Source: Eledone cirrhosa (lineage: Eukaryota). Taken from it: 64,000 nucleotides of DNA. Positions 13,315 through 26,707 of this stretch are shown one piece after another; positions within the stretch are counted from its first letter, which is position 1, and each line of letters begins with the position of its first letter. Both the position numbers and the translations under genes were made by a program. The stretch lies in the NCBI GenBank assembly GCA_964016885.1, contig OZ024743.1:172856001-172920000 (forward strand), given 5' to 3'. The notes beneath the pieces were generated by a model that made no database searches, had not been told where the DNA came from, and saw only the letters and a program-made list of their open reading frames with translations.

Positions 13315-15668
13315 CTAGAACAATAAATGTAAAAAAAAAAAATCTTTAAATAAGTTAAAAGAAACACTGATACAAAATGTCCCATATGCCTCTGTGTGTT
13401 ACATACCTAGAGAAGTAAATTCTGTTTTTACAGTAATGTTAAATTCACAAAGTTGCATTCATATTTAGTTGTATAGATATCCTCATCATTTAACATCAAT
13501 TTTCCTTACTAGTAAGGGTTGGTTGTATCGTCACAACCAATCAGTACTCTAGTCCAGTCTTGTACCTCAAGGTGGTGATCTGGGGCCTTGACATGTGATC
13601 CTATATTTCACTAAGTGCATTTTATCATGGCACCAACACTAGGGAGGTTTTCATGTCTCCCAACCCTTTATCTGGCAAGTTTTCTGTGCTTGGATGCTCT
13701 TCTTATCATCAACCACTGAGCTCCTCTGCAAGATTGGAACGTCATTTGCCTATCTGAGGAAGGAGCCTCGCGAGGTGGGGTGATTATTGCAGCAGGAGTC
13801 ACTGGTCATTGTCCGTGGAAATGCTTTTGTCTGCGGGGCACCGTCCCTACACCGCCCAGAGCCCACTTTTCCTCTCATTTATAGCCCTTTCCTCTACTTT
13901 CTCATATAGCCAGATCTGCCCTTCTTTACCTCTTCTCATTACTTAATTTTGGTTTTATCCTTTTTTTTTTTCATATTTATGTAATCATCAATGCTTTTTA
14001 AGTCAACTTTGTGAATATTTGTAATGTTATTTATGTAACTGTGAATAATAAAAACTTTATCAAGTGTACTGGGCGTGTTTATCGTGTAGATCTCCAACAT
14101 TAGAGAGGTTGTTATGCCCCTCACACAACTAAAGTCCTCTTAACCCTTTTGGTATGGTTTCTACAACAGCGAGTGCTTCCTACCACCAACCACTTTACAA
14201 GGTGTACTGTGTGCATTTATCATACTAGAGGGCTGTCGGTGATGGACTCTACTGAAGAGCCATCTCTACCTTACGAATGGGTTTGGAGAGGTGATCTCTG
14301 GCAGAGCGGGAGATACTATGTATGACAGCTGCTAAGGGGGTATGACTGGTGTGCCAAGGTTTCAGATGGAGGGATCTTGAGTAGAGAGGGAAGGTGAATG
14401 GTAATCTGGATTGAATAGGGGTGGTGGTGCAGTAACAGTGAGGATAGCTACTGGTGGGGGAATTTGTGAATGGGTCAGGTCATGTTTTAGGCTGGTAGAC
14501 AGGTCTTCACCAGCACAACATGTCATAAATCCTCATGGTCCTCTGTTATCTCTGTTGTGACGTTCAGCTTCATTGCGTAAATTATCCTTAGAGACAGAAA
14601 AAGTGCATTTTATCCTGTTACTAACATCAGAGAGATTATCATGTCCTTGACACAACTGAAGAGTCTTCTCAGCCTTTTGTTTGGCATTTATATGTTCTTC
14701 CAATCTTGACAAAACTGGCTGTCACCTGTAACTATGTTTTCTTTTATAGACTTTTTTCCAACTGAAGACATTGATTGTCTTTTGGAGCAGCACTAATAAT
14801 GACATAAGATGCTGTGTTCATGACTCTAATCATTAAATCATGCTTATATTTGAATATTGGTTCACTTGTTCTATGTATGAAGCCTATAATAGTGCATATA
14901 TATATATACACACACACATTTTAAGAAAATTAATGAAGTTTCATTTACAAGCATTTAGGTTTTAATTATGTATCAACCTGTTAAATGGATATGTGGTGTG
15001 TGCATGTGTATTCAGTATTTTTAGGGCTATCTTGAACTACATATTTTGAACTTTCACTTAAGATCGGAAAATGTGATTTGAGAAAGATTTTAGATGTTAT
15101 TAAACACTGTTCAAGTGACTACATAGATGCACGTTAGTTGGTCTGTATTGTTCTAAGTAGAATTTTGTTGTACCCTCTGAGCAAGGCTCACAACACATCT
15201 TGTTCCAGTTTACCTGACTTATCCTTATCATTTAACATCTGTTTTCACTGCTAGGAAGTAAACGATCTCTATTCTCTAATTTATGTTTCGTGGTAGAAAA
15301 GTCACCATTCTGTCTGCAAATATCAAGGGTTCCAATAACTAAAATATTCTACCAATGCAAATATGGAAAAATGAATTTAGAAAAAAACAAACAAAAACAT
15401 ATCATTAGTGATGAGGTTCTCTTATGCTGGTTCTTGCAGTCATGATCAACAAAGTTGAACATCTTGACTTTCGATGGTTGTGATTTACATGGCAGACAAA
15501 CACACTCCTACAAACACTCACTCATTTATAAAAGTGTTGAAATCCTGGGGAAAAATGACGAAACATGATGTATTCACCAAAATGACATTTAACATCTTTG
15601 TTTCAACTGCATAAAACGAATAAGTGTGATTTTCAGAGCACAGACACAGACAGACAGAAAGTACTCAC

Positions 15669-15841
15669 CTCTTCATTATGAGTTCGTTTTAGTGGTTTAT
15701 AAGCTCCTTTCTTCAGACAGATCAACCCCATAAATCCGTTCTCTGAATTCAAGCAACAGCAATAAATAATATCAAGTGCCTTTGATGGCTCTAATGCCTT
15801 GTTACTTATATACTTATAAGTCTGTTTGGGTGCAAAAACAT
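15669..15841 (-). CDS. CENPC: CENP-C-like exon 17 (cupin N-half)
   Basis: tggcag/gtgagt, 173 nt, phase 1 to 0. Encodes VFAPKQ...GFMGLICLKKGAYKPLKRTHNEE. Confidence 0.88.
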
Positions 15842-16689
15842 CTGCCAGAAACCAAAACAAAAGAAAACTTTAATAAATAAGGAGACAAATACTTGACTCA
15901 CATCACATCCTCCACTCCAATTCCACTGCCTTTCATCATCCTGTCTTCCCCAACATGAAGTCTCCCAAACATTACTTCCTTCCCTATCACATTAATTGTT
16001 GTTGTACCCATCACACTCATACTAATCACTTTCAACCTCTCTATTGTTGATGCCAAGATAAAATACACACATTACATTTTTTAAAGTTGTTGGTGAATAA
16101 ACACAGGGTAGCCTTTTCTTGTCAAGGACATGACAATTTCTCTAGTGCTGGGTACCATGATAGGATATACTCTGTAAAATGTGTTAAGTGGTGAGTGAAA
16201 GGAAGGACATCCATTTAGCATATATATATATATTATATTATTTATTTATGTTCATACTTGGAACAAAGGTACTACCTAATGTTTCAAGGACTTAATTTGA
16301 CCATACCTCCAAAAAATAAGAGGCATCAAAATATTGACCTTTCTTCTAGCACTAATGCGAGTTTATAAAATAGCGTTAAAAGTAAATTTTGCCAAGAACA
16401 CGTGTTTATGAAAGATAACATCATAAAACAAAGGGAAATAACTCCAAGCTTTAAATATGAATCGAGATGAACCACGTATTTGTATACTATAGCAGAAGTA
16501 TTGTATTATGTAGTGGAATGTAATATAGAAATGGTAAGATTTAATAATTGTTTCTACTTTTTGGCACAAGGCCAGCAATTATCCAGTGCATTACTGGTAA
16601 TATATTGAGTATAGTAGTGTAGAAAGTGTATTGTATTATGTAAGTGTGGAAAGAGAAAGAAAAGATATAATGGAAGTATATAAATCCAA

Positions 16690-17540
16690 TTAAGGTGGTT
16701 GAAAATCAGTCAAATTTGTTGAATATTTCCACCTAGCGAGCAATTGAGTTTTGGGATGGAGACATTCTCTAAAAAGTTCTGTCTTTGAGTTCAAGTAAAT
16801 ATTGTTCGGAGATGACAAACCTTGTAATATCCTAAATTTCTCACTCACATGGAGATCATATTTCTTGGTACCGTTGGTGTAAGGCCTGGATCTTTCAATT
16901 ACCTTCCAAGATATCTTATGTGGGACTCTTTTCTTCTTTAATTGCCAGACTTTCTTCACCAGAACTGTACTGGTTCTCATATCAGGATTCTTGAAGATGT
17001 GGAAATGCATGTAGAAACATTGCTTAAAACGATCTTTCACCATACCAACATATCTTTTGTGAACTTCAGAATTTTGTGTTGCTGTGTGTAATCTCTGCCT
17101 CATTCACAATGGATTTGATAGTACAATTCTATTAGAGAGGGCAGTTTTCTTACAAGAGCAGCTTCGATTATCGTTGGGTATATTTTTTCTAGTAATTTCA
17201 GATCTTATAGATGGTCTACAGTTTACTGTATGTATGTTGTGGTGGGAAATATCTATCTAATAAATCTAAAAATGTCTTACCTACATTAGTCTTTACTTTA
17301 AGGGAAAGGGGGGGGGGGGTACAAACCAAATTATTATTCTTTTTCTATAATTCTTGTTTAGTATGGTTGGGTTGGGAATGATCAGATGTGTACATACTTT
17401 TGTCCTTAAAATCACTATCTACAAGTGTTTGGTTGCAGTAAAGCACAGCCTTATTGAAAATCTCCCAGGTTGCTGATAGATTAGAGATCCTACAACTAAT
17501 GTTTGAAACTAAATTTTTAAAAACAGCAGGGGATGGCATG
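16690..17540 (-). mobile_element. Penelope-like element fragment (RT thumb and GIY-YIG endonuclease)
   Basis: YVGM..RFKQ, ISWKVIE, LNSKTELFRECLH and CRISNLS motifs. Confidence 0.85.
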
Positions 17541-17552
17541 AGGCTTTATTAA

Positions 17553-17759
17553 CCCTTTAGCATTTGCATTATTCTCTGTATACTATTGTATTTTCGCAGT
17601 AAAGACTTTATCTTACATAATATCAAATTTATGAGATTTTGATATTATTTATTTTGAGAACAATACTTTAACATTGGTATGAGTGGCCGGTTATGGCCGA
17701 TTTGAACAGAAGAGGTGAGCGAATTCTGGCCGGATACAGCCGATTTGAATGCTAAAGGG
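17553..17759. mobile_element. piggyBac-type MITE
   Basis: TTAA-CCCTTTAGCATT...AATGCTAAAGGG-TTAA. A second copy lies at 52968-53172. Confidence 0.88.
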
Positions 17760-17764
17760 TTAAT

Positions 17765-18045
17765 CATCATCATTTTATGTCTGCTTTTCCCTGCTTGCAA
17801 GGGTGGGACAGGTCCTATTCAGCACAGCATCTCTCCACCCATCACAGTCCTTCATCATCTCCTCCGTGAGCTTCAGTAATCTGAGGTCTGCTCTCACCAT
17901 TTTCACCCATGTTTTTCGTGGACTTCCTCTACTGCGTCTTCCTTCTACTGGGATTTCTTGGCACTTCTTTACCCTGCGGTCATCCTCCATGCGCATCACC
18001 TGTTCATATCATCTGTCTTCTCTCCTGCACACCACAACTTATCCC
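17765..18045 (-). mobile_element. RTE LINE 3' fragment
   Basis: MMRMEDD..VKKC, PRKTW and a GAT tail. Confidence 0.82.
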
Positions 18046-18833
18046 TAAAATAAAAACTAACAGTATAGAGAGGACTCTTAAGTCTGGTCAGACAACCACT
18101 CTAGTGCTGGTTAAACAAATAATACTAGTCAACACTGTAAAGTAGTTGGTGATAGTAGTTGGCATGTAACCAGAAAATTTACCAAAAACACAATAACATT
18201 ATAGATAAATGTGAGTGTGTATACAGTGCTAACACTAAACATTTTAGTGCTGTGCAGAGGAGTGGAGCAGCTAACCCAACCACGTGCAAGAACCCCCTCA
18301 ATCATCAAGCAATCATTTTCCATTTCAGGTACAGAAATCTGCTAGTGAATGACATAATTACCACTGTCAGGTAGCATGTCTCAGGGCTGTCACAATGAGG
18401 GGACTATGAAATGCAGATCTGGAGAAAATGTGTACTGTGTACAAGTGAGATGGAGGGAACCTCAACCAAACATAAGATTTTCTGGGTAAGAAATGATGAC
18501 AGGGTAGGTGGAGTAGACATTCAACTAGCTGAGACATGGAGAGAGAAGTAGTTGAGACATGGAGAGAGAAGTAATTGAAGTAGTTAGAGTAAGTTACAAC
18601 AGAATTATCAAGAATAATCATCCCACCCTTGCAAGCAGGGAAAAGCGGATGTAAAATGATGATGAATCATATGCAATAGAATGACAACAATTATCTCTAC
18701 CTATATACCTCAATCAGGTAAAGAATAAAAGGACCGATTATCTGAGGAACTCCTACAGGCAACCACTGCTACAGATGACAGAGACCTCATCATTATGATG
18801 TGCAGGGGTGTGTATGTGTAGTATAAAACTTAC

Positions 18834-18947
18834 TTTTCACTGTATGTTTCTCAGAGGATGATCTTAATGCATGTTTCTTTTTGTGTTGTAAAGGAGGTGA
18901 CATTTCTATCAGTGGGAGATCACCTTGTGATACATTTGAAGTTTCAT
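18834..18947 (-). CDS. CENPC: CENP-C-like exon 16 (repeat exon 6)
   Basis: cctcag/gtaagt, 114 nt, phase 1-1. Encodes ETSNVSQGDLPLIEMSPPLQHKKKHALRSSSEKHTVK. Confidence 0.82.
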
Positions 18948-20531
18948 CTGAGGAAAAGAATTTAATATTTAATACAGTTTACAGATATTTCCGAAAATAA
19001 TGAACAACAAAGGAAAAGAAAGAAAAAGGCAGAAAGAAGAGACAAAGGAAAAGAACTCAGACATGATGGACACCTACCTGCATATTAAATTCCTAAATTT
19101 GCTGATAGCATTATTGTCAGTGTCTTGTAAAGATCTCACAAAAGATTCTTCTACCGTTTATTTATGATGGACAACCACACCAAAAAGCATGAAACATTGT
19201 CAAATGGCTTCTCCATGCCAACAAATTCTTAGTAAAATCTCCTTTTTACTTGGGTAAGAATTTCCTCTGTAATTACTTCACTGACGAAGGCATACTGATG
19301 CCTACATCCAGCACAAGAGCTAAGTGCAACTCATTTAAGCTAGTTATCTTCCTTGATAAGGCTGATTTAAAAAAGAAAATTACATATTTTCTTGCAACTG
19401 GTGAAAAGCATCACTGTTTACAAGTTTCTAATGGGGCCAATCACCAACAGTGACAAAGGAGTGCTGGATAACTCGATTTAGAACATCAGAAGGCTTAGTT
19501 GAAGAAAACCAGTTTTTCTATTTTCTCACAAATATTTATTTCTTTTCCCAATACACATCAGCAAAAGATACATGGCGACACATACACATACATACATACA
19601 TATATATTTTTAAATACAAGGGAAACCATTGTATATTTTTCTAACATTCTTATGTTGCCTCCAGCTTAAGTTTTCAACCCAATGTATATGCTATATCAAG
19701 ATACTTTTGTTGTTTGATAGTATAAGTCCAAATTTCACTATCGTAAAGTAGGATTAGTTATATTGTAACTTGGAAGAGTCTCAATTTGGAGGAATTTGGT
19801 ATGTTAGAATGCCAGTTTCTGTCAAGCTTATTACATGCTGATCACACCTAGGCTTTTCTAGCTTTGAAATCTTTTCCATAATCCGTGATCCAAGAACCAA
19901 GGTACTTAAAATCGTTTATAATGAAGAATGTAAGTCGTTATAGTTTTTAGTAAGGTTAGATCAGAAGGCATTAAATAGACAAACTCCATTACAAGTATGT
20001 ACTTCATTTATTCTTGCTTCACACTGTGAAAGTCATTTTGCCTGTATTTCCATGTGTGAGATACGACAGGATATGGCGTGTCGAAGAATCGACATCTTGA
20101 CGATAGCGGGTTTATCTGGAGACTGATCTTCTGACTTAACTTCCGTTCTCTGGTCTAAGTAGTCCAGTTACTTGTATCGCTACACCGAAGGTTTTGATTG
20201 GCTCACACTTCAGCCAATTTACTTCCGTAACATTTTTCTTCCGCCGAAGGAAAATACATTTAATTACATATTACTGCTACATCACCCCCTGCTTAGGCTG
20301 AAGGCCGACAGAGAAAAAAAGTGTAGCAGTTGCAAGAAAGAAAAAAAAATATGACAGTAAATATATAATAAACAATGTCATTTCACAGGAATGTCTGCGT
20401 TTTGTTTCAGAGAAAAAGAGGAACATAAAAACTGAGCAGCAGAAATAGTCCAAAGTTCACATTAATTAATGCATTTAATATAAATACAAGAGAGGACAAG
20501 AACTCAAAAAGCTTGCTTGATATAGCATAGT

Positions 20532-23500
20532 TCATGTATACAGAGTCTTGCAAAGCTTTTTGGGCCAATGTACTCGGCGACCACTACGTGTGGTGGTGAC
20601 ATATGTAGGTGTAGGTGGAGAAGGTGTGTGCAATGTTGCATGTGTAGCGTGTGTTGGCTGATGCAGAGTATATGTAGGGGGAATATGGGGCTCTTGTGTG
20701 AGAGTGTCTGTAAAGGCCCGTTTCACCCTATCGATGGATACAGTCTCTTTTTTACCACCAATGACCAGAGTGAACAGTTTATCTGTGCGTGCAAGCACAC
20801 GATAAGGACTGGTGTAAGGTGACGTTCTGTAGAAAGACGTGGGTCCACGAAGCAATGTCTTTTGGGACCGAAGACTTTGTCTGTTGCCGAGGGTTCATAG
20901 GCGGAAGATTGTCAAAATAAGATCGCAGTCTGTTCACATACAGAGCTGGATCTGTTTCAGGTAAATCCATTGGGGTCAACATCTGACCCGGCAAAGATAT
21001 AGGTACTCTGTAAACCAGTTCAGCTGGGGAGTATCCTAGATCCTCCTTGATAGCTGCACAACAGCCAAGAAGGACAATTGGTACATACTCGCTCCATTGC
21101 TGTTGATCCGGATAAGCGCGCAGTGCGGCTTTCAATTGGCGGTGGAAGCGCTCTATCATTCCGTTCGAAGCTGGATGATAGCTAGTCGTTCGGATGCGCT
21201 TAATTCCCAGGATCCTTGAAAGTTCTCGGAAGAGATGGGACTCAAACTGTCCACCACGGTCCGTGGTGACAGTGGTTGGAACTCCGTAACTCGATATCCA
21301 ACCCGATACTAGGGCTCGCGCTACAGATTCCGCCGAAATGTTACTTAAAGGAATGGCTTCAGGCCAACGTGTGAAGCGATCAATACAGTTCAGGAGATAG
21401 GTAAATCCTTGGCTGACTGGCCATAGTCCAACGAGATCTATATGGACATGACTGAACCGAGTTTCTGGAGTGCTGAAAGTTCCGAGAGGTGCGCGGATGT
21501 GTTTGTGCACCTTTGACTTCTGGCAGGACAAGCAGGAACGTGTCCAGGCAGTGATGTGATGCCTCATATTCGGCCAGAAGAATCTAGCCGAAATGAGCTT
21601 CACTGTGGTAGATATTCCAGGGTGTGCTAGGCCGTGCAAGGTTTCGAAAACTGCTCGAACTAGAGGACGAGGTGAATCCGTCGAGGTGTCACAAATAATC
21701 TGTGTGTCCGAAGTGGGCAAAGTTTGTTATGAAAATTTGCCAGTTGCAAATTCAGGAGACGAAAGATCCAAGGTGTCCAGGGGTGGCTGTTCTGTGGCCA
21801 TCCGTTGAAGGTCAATATCCGAAGGTGATGACAGGGAATTGATTGGGAGGCGAGACAAGGCATCTGCCGCCGCATTCTGCTCACCGGAGATGTGTCGGAT
21901 ATCGCTGGTAAATTGTGAAACGAAGTCCAAATGACGAGTTTCGCGAGGTGAATATTTATCCGGCTTAGAACACAGTGCGAACGTAAGCGGACGATGATCG
22001 GTGTAGATCGCAAATTGACGACCCTCCAGTGCATGCCGAAAGTGTTTCACTGAGAGGTACATAGCCAGGAGTTCACGGCCGAACGTGCTATATCGTGTTT
22101 CTGCAGGTTTCAGTTGTCTCGAGAAGTACACGAGAGGTTGTAATTGTTGTTGGTGATGCTGTTGCAAAACTGCACCTACAGCTGTGCCCGATGCATCAAC
22201 GACCAGTGAAAACTGGGCACCAGACACAGGATGTGCAAGCAAGTGATCTCTCCGCAAGTTTCTGCTTCACTTCATTGAAGGCTTTTAGCTGACTCGTGTC
22301 CAGTGTGATGGATTCATCTTTCCTTTTCCTGTTACGTAACAGGTCAGACAGAGGAGACAGGAGATCCGCACAGTGTGGGATAAAACGTCTGTAGTAGTTC
22401 AGCAGACCAAGGAAATGTCGTAGCTGGCGAAGTGAAGTGGGTGGTTGAAGGTCTTGCAGAGCTTTCACTTTGTCAGGTAGTGGTGATATTCCCTCTGGGC
22501 TGATGACATGGCCCAAGAAGACAAGTGAAGATACACCGAAAACACATTTCGCCGGGTTAATTCGTACTTGATACTGCTGAAACAGCTAAAAACAGTAGAC
22601 GGAGGTGAGTGACATGTTCCTCGGGTGAGGCACTTGCCACGAGAATGTCATCAATGTAGTTATACACGAAGTCCAAATCGTGCACAACTTCATCCATGAA
22701 ACGTTGGAAAGTACTGGCTGCGTTTCGCAAACCGAAAGGAATAGCCAGAAATTCGAACGCTCCGGAAGGAGTTGTTACGGCAGTTTTAGGTATATCTGCC
22801 GGGTTCATTGGAATCTGGTGGTAAGCTTTGACGAAATCCAATTTGGAGAATGTCTTACATCCATGAAGCGAAGACGCGAAATCTTGTATGTGTGGGATCG
22901 GGTAGTGATCGGGTACCATCATCGCGTTTAACCGGCGAAAGTCCCCAGTGGGACGCCAATCACCGGAACACTTCGGAACCAAATGCAAAGTAGCGGCCCA
23001 CGGACTTGAGGATGGGCGTATGATCCCCAGCTGTAGCATGTGGTTAAATTCAGCCTTCGCTGCTTTCAATTTCTCCGCAGGGAGGCGGCGAGGGCGAGAA
23101 AATACAGGAGCGCCAGAAGTTTCGATATAATGTTTTGTGGAGTGAGTAGGCTTGCTCACCACAAAATTCAAATTTGTCAATTCTGGGAAGGAATTTAGAA
23201 GCGATTGGAAAGGGTCCTCTGAAGCGGCGATGAAGAATACCGGGCTGATAGATGAGACAGTAGATCTCAAACCCGGAACAGAGAGTTCCGTATTAGCATC
23301 CAACAACCGGCGTCTGTGCATATCCACTAAGAGGTTATAGTGGTGCAGGAAATCCGAGCCTAGAATAGGGTAAGGCAAATCAGCGACCGTGAAAATCCAC
23401 GTGAAGTCTCTTCGCAATTCCAGGTTCAAAGAACGAGAAATCTGACCATATGTGGAGATAGGAGAATGATTTACGGCTTGCAGAGAAATGGATGAAACTG

Positions 23501-23621
23501 GCGGCTTCTCTTTGAGAAGTTTTAGCGGCCATATGCTGCAAGCAGCGCCTGTATCCACTAGACATCGAGCTTGGGAAAACGTGTCAGTTATGAAGAACGC
23601 ACGATTATTTGGGAGTGTCAT
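20532..23621 (-). pseudogene. Gypsy 2 pol, several frameshifts
   Basis: ORFs 22557-23621 (PR/RT), 22196-22516, 21727-22257 (RNH), 20779-21720 (IN) and 20532-20855. Confidence 0.93.
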
Positions 23622-23638
23622 AGGAGACTGTGCCGTGC

Positions 23639-24397
23639 TCAGGTCTCCTGAAATCTGTTTCCCTGGAGGGAAAACGAACAGGGCTGTTTACAAGAGCATG
23701 CCGCTGCGCCAAAACGGCGGCGTGGCGAGGGCAAACGGCTCTGGAAGCGACGTCTGGGCGATTGAGCCCTGGAGGTACTCAATTTTCTCACCTCTTTGGT
23801 GAGTTGCTCTATGGCTTGAAGTATTGCCACAGACGCAAGTGAGTGATCTGTGTGGACGGCAGCTGCTGGAGAGAACGAAGAGACCGCAGCCGGTGACTGA
23901 GGTGCAACATAGGAGGCAGGGTTTCCAGTGAAACTTATAATTTTGTCGGCCGAAGCCGCTAGCTGGTCGACTGTGGTAGTCTCCATCATAGGTGCTAAAA
24001 TCGCCTGAACACCGGGCGGCAGCCTTGAAAAGAAAAGCTGTTTAAAGAGGGCGCTGTCAGCTGGGGTGTCTTCCGCCAGCTCTTTCATGCGACGCAGAAG
24101 CTGTGTGGGCGTCCGATCACCCAAATGTTCATCATTGACGAGTGTCTGGAATTTATTCTTCGCGGACAATGTGGTCCGCCGCAAAACCTCGCGTTTTACG
24201 CTCTCATAGGAGGCTCCAGGGGCAGGATCAGTTATTAAATCTTTAACAACCTTCGTCAATGCCGCCGGGAAAGCACTCAAAAGCATGTGTAATTGTCTGA
24301 CTTCAGACGTAATGTTGTTCGCGGTAAAGTAAGACTCTATTTGTGCGAACCAAACATTGACATCGCCGGCAAACGCTGGCAATGAGGTGCTACCCAT
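23639..24397 (-). CDS. Gypsy 2 gag
   Basis: [10 protein letters not shown] and [21 protein letters not shown] slippery-type heptamer lies near the 3' end. Confidence 0.9.
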   Translation of the reverse strand: MGSTSLPAFAGDVNVWFAQIESYFTANNITSEVRQLHMLLSAFPAALTKVVKDLITDPAPGASYESVKREVLRRTTLSAKNKFQTLVNDEHLGDRTPTQLLRRMKELAEDTPADSALFKQLFFSRLPPGVQAILAPMMETTTVDQLAASADKIISFTGNPASYVAPQSPAAVSSFSPAAAVHTDHSLASVAILQAIEQLTKEVRKLSTSRAQSPRRRFQSRLPSPRRRFGAAACSCKQPCSFSLQGNRFQET

Positions 24398-26617
24398 CGT
24401 GAATTATGGTATTCCGTAATAGGAAAATGCAGGCCAAGAGGAATATGTTAAGAAATGTCAGAGAGGAAAATGTTAAGAATTAAAAAAAAATTCTTATATT
24501 TTTCAAAAAGGCGTTGCCTTCAAATCAAATTGGCTGGCAAACAAACGCAGAAGACGTATAATGGCCATAACGCTCCGGAATACAGGCACAAAAAAAAATT
24601 ATAATGCACGATGGAATAATTTACCGATAATTTTTTTTTTTTTTGTTTTTTTTTGTTAATAATGTCGATACAAAATGTGTTTGTGCATGCAGGCAAATGA
24701 TAAATATAATGATAACGAAATAATTGTTCTAAACAACAAAACGTTCAGTTTTTTTTTTTTCTTTGTTACAGCATTCTTTCTTTCTTTCATATTTGTTGTA
24801 CCAAAATGCTTGTTTGAATCACATCGGCCTCACCATTTATAATGAAGAGTGTAAGTCGTTATAGTTGTTAGTAAGGTTAGATCAGAAGGCATTAAATAGA
24901 CAAACTCCATTACAAGTGTGTACTTCATTTATTCTTGCTTCACACTGTGAAAGTCATTTTGCCTGTATTTCCATGTGTGAGATACGACAGGATATGGCGT
25001 ATCGAAGAATTGATGTCTTGATGATAGCGGGTTTATCTGGAGACTGATCTTCTGACTTAACTTCCGTCCTCTGGTCTAAGTAGTCCAGTTACTTGTATCG
25101 CTACGCCGAAGGTTTTGATTGGCTCACACTCCAGCCAATTTACTTCCGTAACATTTTTCTTCCGCCGAAGGAAAATACATCTAATTACAAAGGATATATA
25201 TTACTGCTACACGTTAACTCTCTTAATTCCACTTCCATCTTGTGCTTTAAGAGTAGTTTGAGCAAATGAGAGATGTATTGTCTTGCTTTCATTGAGATGG
25301 AGACCAACAAGAAGAGTTGCTTCTTGGAAAGCCATGAAATGTTGGACATTCTCCAGGAAATCTGCTAGAAAAGCAATGCCATCTGTAAGATGTTGAGAGG
25401 AATGTTTTGAGCTCAAGAGAGATTTTACAGGGATGTCCCTCTCAATGGCGTCTAGAGAGATTCTAAGAGAGCAGTCTAGTGCTATGATGAAAAGGAATGG
25501 TGCAGGTGTGTTATTTTGAAATACACATGCAAAGATGTCAAAGAATTCAGTTAGGCCACCAGGAGTATTTATATTTGCATTGGTGTTTTGATAGTGTCTC
25601 AATTGCTTCCAAATTTGGAAGAGGATATCTCTATTTATGCTGTTGATAAATTTACAAAATAAGAGCCATTTCCTTGATGTAATTCTTTATTTTTTCAACT
25701 ATCCTTCTTAGGGCTAGAAATTGAACAAGAGTAGATCTTTCATGACTGAAATCATTTTCGTTGATTTCGGATGAAACAAGTCAGTTTAGAATTACTTTCA
25801 TGGAACAAATTAGTTTAGAATACTTTGTTGTAAATTTGGCATCAATGTGATTCCCAGCCATTTGTTTGGAAAAGAGACGTCACCCTTCTTAAGAATGGGA
25901 ATTATGCCAGCTTTAAACAAAATTGGGGTGGGGGTGGGGGGTGAGAAAGTGCACCAAATATCTCATTACATATTGACAGAAGAACTAAGGCCAGTTTAGG
26001 GTCTTTCCAAATCATATTGGGAATATTGTCAAGGTTTGGAGGTTACTTGTTCTCAAGGGGATTACAAAATTGATTTCACTCAAAGAAAAGTCTGTTATTG
26101 ACATGTCTAATGGAGGTGACATCTCTATCGGTAGGAGATTACCTTCGACAGGAGATAGTACACCCAAGAGACCCTTAATGTGGTTGACCTAGTTTCTCTG
26201 TGTGCTTGCTGAGAACCCCCTTTGATAATAGGGGAAAGCTTTTCTTTCCTACCAGTTATTTTATTTACTAAGGTCGACTGCAGGTTGTACTGGACTTACA
26301 GCCTTGACCAAGTAGTAGTCCCAGATGCAATATGACTGACCTGACTTCAGCCACTTTCACCTTAATTTAATGAGTTGAGCATTTAATTAATTGAACAACC
26401 GAATGCTCATCATCAAATCAGAGATTCTATCATGTGTTTTGGTTATCAAACATGAAAGTAAAAGCACTCGTATTTAGAGTTTATTCATTAATTCAAGAAA
26501 GCGACTAAATACTTTTGCTACTCCAAGTTTCCTGTTAAAAGAAACTCAAAGGAGTGATAAAATGAAGCTTCCTCAGCTTTAAATAAATAAATATGAATAT
26601 TTAAAACATACTCTTAC

Positions 26618-26707
26618 TTTCTAATGCATGTTTCTTACTGGGTGATGGCTGAGGTGTTTTGTGTTGTAAAGGTGAAGATTTGTCTTGTAGTACATCTACA
26701 GGTTCAC
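26618..26707 (-). CDS. CENPC: CENP-C-like exon 15 (repeat exon 5)
   Basis: ccttcag/gtaaga, 90 nt, phase 1-1. Encodes EPVDVLQDKSSPLQHKTPQPSPSKKHALE. Confidence 0.82.

Larger units (their letters stand above)
19917..25211 (-). mobile_element. Ty3/Gypsy LTR retrotransposon 2, full length, frameshifted
   Basis: LTRs at 19917-20281 and 24838-25211, differing by about a dozen substitutions and a 9-bp indel. TSD CGTT. PBS at 24808-24835, PPT at about 20282-20292. Order gag-PR-RT(YIDD)-RNH-IN. Confidence 0.96.
19640..26350 (-). mobile_element. Old LINE (RTE/RTE-X-like) split by Gypsy 2
   Basis: APFLFIIALD at 25207-25602. Removing Gypsy 2 and one TSD copy rejoins IKRVN|DFKYLGSWI. Confidence 0.85.

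Noticed and set aside
19078-19500. Possible host exon with a cag|gtaggt donor
   Set aside because: Multiple stops, and a minus-strand FNMQVG-like relic suggests a decayed LINE endonuclease.
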